The notes under the pieces: model-generated
What the model saw: the letters and a program-made list of their open reading frames with translations, nothing else
The model's database searches: none
What the model was told of the DNA's origin: nothing
In this document: positions 1 through 10,695 of the stretch, piece after piece
Layout: each line of letters opens with the position of its first letter
How positions within the stretch are numbered: position 1 is the stretch's first letter
Translations under genes and position numbers: made by a program
From: Malacoraja senta
Taxonomy: Eukaryota
Reading direction: 5' to 3'
DNA length: 64,000 nt
NCBI GenBank assembly: GCA_038087875.1
Contig: CM075991.1
Location: 4,588,001 to 4,652,000 of the forward strand

Positions 1-1008
1 CAAGTCTGTTAAACTTGGTAAAACTTGACTCAACTACCTCCTCTGGCAACTCGTTCTACATACCCACCGCCCTCTGTGTAAAGAGGTTTCCCCTCAAGTT
101 CTTATTAATGTTTTCCCTTCTCACTATAAACTTATGTTCTCAGGTTCTTGATTCCCATCCTGTTTTATTTATCTTTTTCCAGAGATAAGAAAATGTTTAG
201 TTTAGTTTATTGCTGAGGTGCAGTGAAAACCTTTTCCTTGCGTGCTATCCAGTCAGCGGAAAGACTACGTGATTACGTTCAAGCTGTCCACACTGTACAG
301 ATATAGGATAAAGGGAGTAACGTTTTGTGCTAGATAAAGTCCACTAAAGTCTGATTAAAGAAAGTCCGAAGATCTTCAATGAGGTAGCTGGTAGGCCAGG
401 ACTGCTCTCTACTTGGTGAGAGGACGGTTCAGTTGCCTGATAACAGCTGGGAAGAAACTGTCCCGGAATCAGGGAATCCCTGAACACTGAATCACTGAAA
501 ATGGTTTGGGTAGAAGACCACATCATCACCCTGCTTTGGTGGATGTTGTTCATCAGTTGTAGGAGCAGAATTAGGCCATTCGGCCCATCAAGTCTACTCT
601 GCCATTCAATCTTGGCTGATCTAGCTATCCCTCTCAACCCCATTTCCGAAGATCTTTCCTGGACCCAGTACATTGATGCAATTATAAATAAAGCACAATT
701 CTCTGACAGTTCTCTGACTGCCCGCAATTACATTATATCTCTGTTTGATTTTTTGTTACCTTCTCCTAGCTAAAGATGATCAATTCTACATTTTCCATGA
801 TATCCATCCACTTTGTCTCGTTTTCACACCTTACACGTCCTTATCTCTGTACCTCCCTCTCCCCTTTGTCTCAGTGTGAAGAAGGGTCTCGACCCGAAAC
901 GTCACCCATTCCTTCTATCCAGAGATGCTGCCTGCCCGGCTGAGTTACTCCAGCATTTTGTGTCTATCGTAGGCAGAAGCCAGTCACGACATCAAAAGTC
1001 TGCTTACC

Positions 1009-1370
1009 CACCTCCAGGTCCCTCAGATCGGCCGACTTGGGGTTACTGAACATCCCGCGGTCTAGGCATAAGCTCAGGGGCGACCGCGCCTTTGCGGTTG
1101 CAGCTCCTAGACTGTGGAACAGCATCCCTCTTCCCATCAGAACTGCCCCCTCCATCGACTCCTTTAAGTCGAGACTTAAAACTCATCTCTACTACCAAGC
1201 CTTTCTTGAGGTCCTCTGAGGGAGGGCTATATGTATGTATTTATGTATGTACTTAATCTATGAACCACTGTTGTATAACGTTAGTACCTCCACCAATGTA
1301 AAGCACTTTGGCCAACGAGAGTTGTTTTTTAAATGTGCTATAGAAATAAAAGTGACATGACTTGACTTGA
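1009..1370 (+). mobile_element. 5'-truncated L2-type LINE 3' end at the exon 4 splice donor
   Basis: SRSLRSADLGLLNIPRSRHKLRGDRAFAVAAPRLWNSIP...FKSRLKTHLY* is an L2 ORF2 C-terminus; AATAAA then (GACTT)n tail; CTTACC duplicated at 1003-1008 and 1371-1376. Confidence 0.85.
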
Positions 1371-1375
1371 CTTAC

Positions 1376-2366
1376 CAGAGAAGGTCCCTTTGGCAAGGCA
1401 TTCTTTCACTCGATTTGCTCTCCGTACGTGGAATGCTTTGGTAATCTCTTGGTTCATGAAGGCCTCGTTATTCAAGATATTGGCCACCATCATTCGCAGG
1501 TCAAAGACCTCCAGGAGCTCAGCGATGTGGGCGATTTGCATCAGCTCCTTCTCGTGCTCGTCCAGCTGGCCCGTGTACAAGTAGCGCATGACCGCGGTGA
1601 ACGCGTCAGGGTGAACGGAGTAGTCCATGTGCACCACCGTCATCCGCCGGCTGGTGAAGTTGATGGATCTTCTGCCATCTCTTCCTGGATGCTGATGAAG
1701 GCTCGGCTCCACGACGAGAGAATCTTCCCTCTCTTGAACCAAGCCCCTCGCTCGCGCGCTGCCATCGCAGGCGTTGAGTTTCAAGATGCCGTCGCTGGTG
1801 GACGCCCTCAGGCTTGACAGCGGCTGGACGGCCGTCACCTCGTCCATGCGTGCACTGACGTCAAAACTGGCGGCTCTCATTAAGTACTCCCTGCCCTGCC
1901 TCTCGCCGTGGCTCACCGACGTTCCACCACCGGCCTCTTGCTCCTCGCTGAGGTCCATCAGAAACAAGTCGTAGAACTTCGAGGAGGAGGTAGACAGATA
2001 AATCTTGTGAGCGTAGATTTTAACCGTGTCCTGAAGCACCAGGATGACATCTGCGCAGAGGGGGTTGGCCAAGAGGAGGGCGGGGTGTTCTTCGTTGGTC
2101 GTGGGGGGCTCGGGGACAGTGATAATGGGGGGAGGTGGTTTGGGAGGCAGGAACGGGGCCTGCAGCAAAGGCTTCTGAACGTTTCTCAGGTGCGACTTCC
2201 AGAATTGGAGGTGTCGTCTGGAAATCAAGGCAGCTCTGATGGCATTATCGAAGACGTCCTTAATGCCAAATTGTGCAACACGCTGGTCTCGTAGTAGGGG
2301 ATCCCCAGCTCTTTGGCCACCTCGCGACCCTTTTCGGGAGGCAAGATTTCATTGTGTTTTATTGGC
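1376..2366 (-). CDS. RHOBTB2: RHOBTB2 coding exon 4 (end of GTPase domain, Pro-rich region, split BTB1); frameshifted as written
   Basis: tcacag|[36 protein letters not shown], then in another frame [31 protein letters not shown]...[11 protein letters not shown]...YLYTGQLD...KGTFS; donor TCTG|gtaagt. Frame breaks near 2280, 1740-1765 and 1665. Later exons lie beyond the left edge. Confidence 0.92.
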
Positions 2367-3095
2367 CTGTGAATTCAAGGCAAACAAAATGCAGGTTGAA
2401 AAGGCAACTCGGAACGTTACACCGCGTGGTCCTTGTTAGGGTGCAATAAACAGAATCCCTACCACTATCAAAGCGTGACATCTGAGGCATTTGCAAGTGA
2501 GCTTTAAACCAAAAAACACCATAGAACTGAGAACTGCAATTGCTGATTTATACCAAAGGTAGTCACAAAGTGCTGAAACATGGATGAGAAGAAGGGTCCT
2601 GACCCGAAACGTCACCCATCCTTTTTATCCAGAGATGCTGCCTGAACACTGAGTTACTCCAGCACTTTGATCAGAACAATAGAACTGTACATTGCTTCTG
2701 CCAATATTTGATTTAGCTGAAGATATTTTGAGGAAGTAGAAACAAAGAACTGCAGATGCAAGTTAAAACACAAAAGGACACAAAGTGCTGGAGTAACTCA
2801 ACGGGTCACGCAGCATCCCTGGAGAAGATGGATAGGTGACATTTTGAGTCAAGATGCTTATTTAGACCCATTTTGAGGGAAAATGTACTTGTGTAATACA
2901 GTGGTAGACAAAAATGCTGGAGAAACTCAGCGGGTGAGGCAGCATCTATAGAGCGAAGGAAATAGCCAACATTTCGGGTCGAAACCCTTCTTCAGACTAC
3001 AGTGTAATACAGTACTTCTTCCAGATAGAATACCTTGCATCCAGTGCAAGGGACAAACAGAACAAGGTTGAATTTTTATAAAATTATACTTAAGA

Positions 3096-3381
3096 GCGGC
3101 ACGGTAGCTGTGGAGCTACTGCCTTACAGCGCCAGAGACCAGGGTTCGATCCTGACTACGGGTGCTTGTACGTTTTCCCTGTGACCTGCATGGGTTTTCT
3201 CCGAGATCTCTGGTTTCCTCCCACACTCCAAAGATGATGAGGTTTGTTAGTTAATTGGCTTGGTTTAAATGTAAAATTGTCCCGAGTGTGTGTGGAATAG
3301 TGTTAATATGCGGGGATCGTTGGTCAGGACAGACTCAGAGGGCTGAAGGGCCTGTTTCCACACTGTATCTCTAAACTAAAC
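3096..3381 (+). mobile_element. tRNA-derived SINE (HE1/V-SINE-like), representative copy
   Basis: A/B-box-like head (GGTTCGATCC), central TGGGTTTTCTCC..GGTTTCCTCCCACACTCCAAAG domain, CR1-like tail ending (CTAAA)n. Other copies at about 3933, 5262, 10843, 14113, 18829, 20225, 22706, 25530, 26575, 32900, 34758 and 45720. Confidence 0.85.
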
Positions 3382-3610
3382 CATAAATAAGCTCACTTAT
3401 CAGGAATTTTAAAGAGGATCAGTGCAGGGAGGTTACAGTGGAAAATATTGTTCATAAATAAAAGACTATTGTGCCACCATACTCCAAAGGTTATTACTTG
3501 GCAAAAGATGGATTTTCATTTATATATATCACCTTTAAAAACTCCAGGGTCCCGCCATGAAATGTCACCCATCCTTTCTGTCCAGGGATGCTGCCTGACC
3601 TGCTGAGTTA

Positions 3611-3862
<252 letters not shown>

Positions 3863-4218
3863 TCACACAGCCGCCCATGTAAACGGCAGACACTTTTGTC
3901 AAGGGCAGGTCTGAAACCTCATCAGCTGCTATGGGCGGCACGGTTGGTAGAGCTGCTGCCTTACAGCGCCAGAGACCCAGGTTTGATCCTGACTATGGGT
4001 GCTGTCTGTATGGAGTTTGTACGTTCTCCCCGTGATCTGCGTGGGTTTTCTCCGAGATCTTCGGTTTCCTCCCACACTCCAAAGACGTACAGGTTTGTAG
4101 GTTAATTGGCTTGATTAATTGGCGATAAAATGTAAAATTGTCCGGTGCTGAATGATACTCTACCTAGAGCTTTTCAGCGTACTACATCCAGATACAGACC
4201 TGTACGTTATCCTCTATG

Positions 4219-5255
4219 TAGCAATGTTACAAAATTTTGAGATTTTAAAAATCAAGTCTGTAATTTATCCCATCAGATAAAGCATAAAAAGACGTTTAAT
4301 TTGACACTTAATTCACTTTCATATCTTGAGTATTAAAAAAGCTATGGCCATTTTCATACTCGGAAATTAGCATCTTGTTCCCTATTGCTTTTCCATTGAC
4401 TTAACACAAAAGCTGTGATCGAGGACAGTCAAAAGCCCATAACTTTCTTAAAAATTAAGAGAACAGAAAGAAATTTTCAGTTATTATAGATTGAAGCATT
4501 CTGAATCAAATATGAAACAATCTTACTTAGATGACATGAAATTAAAGCATATAATTAGTTAGTTACCTAATTGTAGCTAATTACAAAATTCAATTACTAG
4601 ATCTAAACATCTATCAATTTCTTAAGAATAGATTAACATTTTTAAATAGCCTGTGTCCAAATAACATTCACACAAGAATTCACAATATAACATAATTTTT
4701 AAATCTCAGTCATGGATTTATAGGCCAAATGGAAGGAATTTAATGTTTAATACCTGTAAATTAATGGCCATTTAAATCATCTTGCGAGTGGGTTTTTCTG
4801 GAACACGATCATTTGGAACGTTGCGGTTGCGGTGAATTTAAACCCGTATCGGCATGAAAAATACTGCCGGTTCGTTCGGGGAAAACAATCACCGTTTCGC
4901 AACTTAAAATGTGAATTAAAGGCATCCTAAGGAGCACTTTTATACATAAAATAAAGGGCTTTCCTTTACCTGTCCCGTGCGTGAAATCCGTCCGTTGTCG
5001 GCGTTGACGGCTTTAGAAGCTGATTTTAAAATAACTCCAGCGCTGAAATTGTCGGGGGATTTTTAAAACAAAATACACAGAACGCCCGTCGGAACAATTC
5101 TTCAGCAAAAGCTTGCACTCCAACGAAATATAATCCAGGACAAGGTAGGAGAAACCCGCATTTTAACCCCCCCCCCCCTCAAAGGCGCCAAAATCGCGCA
5201 AATGGCCAGTGGTAGAATTGCAGCGCCGCTGAAGGTAAGTATTGTAACATACCTA
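4219..5255. mobile_element. Non-autonomous TIR DNA transposon, unclassified, 7-bp TSD
   Basis: Termini TAGcaATGTTACAA / TTGTAACATacCTA; CTCTATG duplicated at 4212-4218 and 5256-5262; no ORF. Confidence 0.75.
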
Positions 5256-5645
5256 CTCTATGCTATCCCACTTTCACATCCTACACACTTGGGGGACAAC
5301 TTACAGAAGCCAATTAACCTTCAACCCTGCACGTCTTTGGGATGTGGGAGGAAACCGGAGCAAATCCACACGGTCACAGGGAGAACGTATAAACTCCGCA
5401 CAGACAGCAACTGTAGTCAGGATCGAACCCGGGTCTCTGGTGCTGAGGCAGCAGCTCTATCGCTGCGCCACTGTTTCCCCCCACCACCCCGAAAAAACAG
5501 GAAATGTCTTCAATTCCAACTGAGTTTCTCTCTCCACAGATGCTGCCTGACCTGCTGAGTATTTCTGGCATTTTCTGTTTTCATTTGAGCTTTCCAGCAA
5601 CTGCAGTATCAGAATATTCAGAGCTTTGTGCCAATATTTGTTTCA

Positions 5646-6300
<655 letters not shown>

Positions 6301-6421
6301 TAAAGTACCTCAGTGATCTTGTTACACAATATCTTCTTCCCGACATTGCGCACTGGGAATGTGCTTGGGCATGGCAATACTCGAATGAACTGTTTGTACG
6401 AAAAATATTTCACCGTGTTTA

Positions 6422-6731
6422 CTTTAGTTTAGTTTAGTTTAGAGATTCAGCGCAGAAGCAGGCCCTTCGGCCCACCGAGTCCGCACTGACCGGCGATCCC
6501 CGCACATTAACACTAGGGACAGTTTACACTTATACCAAGCCAATTAACCTACAAACCTGTTCGTCTTTGAAGTGTGGGAGGAAACCAAAGGTCTCGGAGA
6601 AAACCCACGCGGTCACGGGGAGAACATACAAACTCCGTACAGACAGCACCCGTAGTCAGGATCGAACCTGGGTTACTGGCACTGTAAGTACTGTAAGGCA
6701 GCAATTTTACCGCTGCGCCACCATGCTGCCC
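6422..6731 (-). mobile_element. tRNA-derived SINE (HE1/V-SINE-like), near full length
   Basis: (TTTAG)n tail at left, GGGCAGCATGGTGGCGCAGCGGTA head at right on the minus strand. Confidence 0.85.
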
Positions 6732-7153
6732 ACGGTACTGTGTGTTTGCACAATAAAAAAAGCAACCATCTTGGTTGACATGGGCAAGTTGGGCGGAAGG
6801 GTTTGTTTCCGTGCTGCATAACTCTATGACATACGTCATAAAAATAGACCATAACGTCACCCTTATATCTTAACAACCAAAATTAGATGTGCCAATCAAG
6901 GTGCATTCTGACCCCATTAGCACAGTCACGCAGTTCAACTTCTTTTCAACCTTGCACCACTGTTCAGGCAATGTTCAATGATTCAATTATATTTTATTGT
7001 CACATATTTAAGATTCCAATGGCTTTGTTTATTACCACTAAAAAGAAAGGTATCAGGCTTGCACAAGTGATGGCAGATCATGCGTGCAGCTTTGCAATCG
7101 TGGGGTGAATCTTGAAGCTGTGTGTGTGCTTTCCCACGTTTAAAAAGTCTGTG

Positions 7154-7388
7154 TAGGAAGGAACTGCAGATACTGGTTTAAATCGAAGATAGATACAAAA
7201 TGCTGGAGTAACTCAGCGGGACAGGCAGCATCTCTGGAGAGAAGGAATGGGTGAAGTTGATGGGATCTTCTGCCATCTCTTCCTGGATGCAGACTGAAGA
7301 AGGGCCTCGACCTGAAACGTCACCCATTCTTTCCCTCCAGAGATGCTGCCTGTCCCGCAGAGTTACTCCAGCATTTTGCGTCTATCTA
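7154..7388. repeat. Palindromic (head-to-head) form of the short Penelope-related element, with captured exon fragment
   Basis: Arms AGATAGATACAAAATGCTGGAGTAACTC... / ...GAGTTACTCCAGCATTTTGCGTCTATCT; flanking AAAAAGT(C/G)TGTG duplication. Confidence 0.8.
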
Positions 7389-8163
7389 AAAAAGTGTGTG
7401 ATTTGCACCCTGCAGCCCAGCAACAGCCTAACGTCTGTCTGAAACATCAAGCCATCTGGTACGTTTTCCCGAGTGCCAACATTTTTCCAGCCCTGCATTT
7501 TAGCAAGAGAAGAACGGCAAGGATGATTCAAGAGTTAAAAGGCTGAAGGGGCAAGAAAAGGTTGCAATAACCACATTGGTAGGAGCTGCCTAAGAAGCTA
7601 TATTTTGGAGATGCGAAAGATATGAAAAATTACATTGTGATTTTTAATGGCATTTTTTTTGGTCTACCTCAATGGTCACTTGGGGATAAGCTGGTTCAGA
7701 ACAACACTCAATCAGAACGTCAACATATCTGAGAGAGCTGTATTCCTTCAGCATCAATGTATCAGCTGAGATTACATGATCAATTTTCTAGAGCGTGGGA
7801 CTGAAACTGTGACCACTGGAACCTGGCAAGATTCCTGCAAGCATTTTGATTTTCCTTGTAAATTGACTGTTCCAAATCTTCTTTTAATCCAAAAGCATTA
7901 ACTATTTTCAAAGCAATTTATAATGCTGCAGGATATTGATGTTGTATCATTTTGTTACACTCATGCATACATTTTGAACACATTCCTGCACTTGTTATAG
8001 CAAAGATCTGAAATGAATTATTTTAACATTTATGAAAATGAATTGAGTGTCGAGTGGCACAGTACTGGATTTATCAAAGCTATCAAAGGTTAAAATCCCC
8101 AAATGGACAAATTTAATGAAATATTAATTCTGTTAGTCTGTGACCCATTTGTTACTTCCAGCA

Positions 8164-8391
8164 GGTACACAAAAATGCTGGAGAAACTCAGCGGGTGCAG
8201 CAGCATCTATGGAGCGAAGGAAATAGGCAACGTTTCGGGCCGAAACCCTTCTTCAACGTTTTCGGGTTTCGGGCCGAAACCCGAAACGTTACCTATTTCC
8301 TTCGCTCCATAGATTTTGCTGCACCCGCTGAGTTTCTCCAGCATTTTTGTGTACCTTCGATTTTCCAGCATCTGCAGTTCCTTCTTTAACA
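8164..8391. repeat. Palindromic short element, second subfamily
   Basis: GGTACACAAAAATGCTGGAGAAACTCAGCGGGTGCAGC arm and its inverse; TGTTA(C/T)TTCCAGCA flanking duplication. Confidence 0.8.
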
Positions 8392-8787
8392 CTGTTATTT
8401 CCAGCATTTTGGTTTCAATATAATATTTGAAAATTCTCAATATTTTGCTTTTGTTTACCAGTCATTTTTATGCAAATAAAAAATCCATCTATGATTTACG
8501 AGGATGTTGCCAGGACTTTTACGACGATGTTGCCGGGACTCAAAGGCCTGAAATATAGGGAGAGGTTGAGCAGGCTAGGACTCTATTCCTTGGAGCGCAG
8601 GAGGATGAGGGATAAGTAGAGTAAATGCACAGAGTCTTTTGCCCTGAGTAGAGGAATCAAGAACCAGAGGGGAAAGATTTAATAGGAAACTTTGGGGCAA
8701 CTTTTTCACACAGAAGATGGTGGGCATCTGGAACAATGTCCCAGAGATGGTAGTTGAGGCAATACTATCACAACATTCACACAGTTA

Positions 8788-9271
8788 AGGGGCTGTCCCA
8801 CTTAGGCGACCTACTTGGCGAGTTAAGAGTTTGAAAAAATGACATGTTGAAGACCTCCTTCGACCTCCTTTGACTATGTTGAAGACTAGCTATGACTAGC
8901 TACGACTAACCTCAGGAAAATTGGACACCAAATAGTGGAGAGTGAAGACGACCTCCTTCGATCACCTCTGACCTCCCTTCGACTATGATGAAGACTATCT
9001 ACGACTTCCTTCGACTACCTTTGACTACCCTCGATTACCTACGACTAACATGCTGACCTACTACGACTAAACCAAGAGTAAAAAAAAGTATCGATTTTTT
9101 CCATGGCGACCTTTTTTTACTCGCGACCTAGCTGAGGCCTCGAGTACGCGGAGACCACTCTCGAGCATGAAGGAGAGTTACGAAGACCTCCTAAGACCTT
9201 GTGTCGACCATGCTGTAAGTACGAGTCGAGGGCAAACTCGCGGATTAGGTCGCCCAAGTGGGACAGGCCCT
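8788..9271. mobile_element. PIF/Harbinger-type MITE (family B, CGACT-rich interior) inserted in a CR1 fragment
   Basis: AGGGGCTGTCCCACTTAGGCGACCTA...TAGGTCGCCCAAGTGGGACAGGCCCT; TTA TSD 8785-8787 / 9272-9274. Confidence 0.85.
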
Positions 9272-9438
9272 TTACACGGATAGGAAATGTTTAAGAGGAT
9301 ATAGGCCAAATGCAGGTAAGTGGCACTGATGCCCGAATGGTCTGGAGTTGGAAGAAAGAAAAGTTATCTGAACAGTACAAGATTCTGAAAGGGCTTGTCA
9401 AAATGGGTGCCAGGGAGTTGCTTCCTTTATCTGGATGG

Positions 9439-9652
9439 GGGGGGGGCTCATGTTGTCGACCTCCCCGTGGTGAGCCCTGTCAACTCACCTCATTCAGGCG
9501 AACGACAACAAACAAAGACAGCAGCAGCGCCGCAGCAGCAGCGCCAACCCGGAGCATGCGCCCTTTTTAGGGCGGGGACCTACGGATGCTGAACCGGATG
9601 GCATCACCCTGCTGCGGACTTCTGCTGCCTCAAACGCACGAAGAAGAAGAAG
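9439..9652 (+). mobile_element. Short non-LTR insertion with (GAA)n tail, RTE-like
   Basis: ATCTGGATGG duplicated at 9429-9438 and 9653-9662; begins with a G run, ends CACGAAGAAGAAGAAG; host is a decayed CR1 ORF. Confidence 0.75.
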
Positions 9653-10398
9653 ATCTGGATGGTCCAGAAGCAGGAAACATAGTCACAGCAGAAGGGGGTC
9701 AGACATTAAGTGCAAAGGTTCAGGAGAAATTTCTTCACTCAGATCCTTGTGAATCGGCATAATTCTTTGCTCTAAAGTCCCATGGGAAGTTTTCATGGTT
9801 CAATACATTTGTGACAGAGACTGATGGCAGTTTTGGAATCTGAGCAAGTCTTAAACTATTGAGATTGAGTGGTGATCCGGTTGCCGTAAGTGGGTTGAAG
9901 AGCGTGGCAGGATTAAGGATGGGCTATTCTTGGTCCTCTCTTTTTAGTTTTTATGTCCTCGTAGCATGGTTCTCCACATAATCACGAATAATACATTCCT
10001 TCCTGAATAAAATAACAGGAAGTTTTGATCTGAAATTCAGTTCCATGTCGTGCCCACTGGATTGCAAGATGCTTGTGCGAAAGAAAATGTGCTGCCTTTC
10101 AACTTCTCTCAATACATCATGGTATATTATGTCATAAGGTCACAAGGAATAGGAGTAGAATTAGGGCATTCGGCCCATCAAGTCTACTCCGCCATTCAAT
10201 CATAGCTGATCTATCTCTCCCTCCTAACCCCATTCTCCTGCCTTCCCCCCATAACCCCTGACACCTGCATTATACGCAAGCATTTTGAAATTGTATTGTG
10301 AGTTCTTGCGCCACTTTCTGAATAATACATTCTATAAAATATATGAAGTATACATTAAAAGGCATATTTATACAGTGTAATTGTGCATTTTGCAATCA

Positions 10399-10695
<297 letters not shown>

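Noticed and set aside
1390..2294. Plus-strand ORFs of 64-129 aa
   Set aside because: Antisense shadows of the GC-rich RHOBTB2 exon.
3096..3170. tRNA genes suggested by GGTTCGATCC B-box motifs here and in similar copies
   Set aside because: Each runs straight into the SINE body and tail; these are SINE heads, not tRNA genes.
8850..9070. CRISPR-like or coding periodicity in the CGACT/CGACC repeats
   Set aside because: Short degenerate internal repeats of a MITE with no constant repeat-spacer structure; eukaryotic context.
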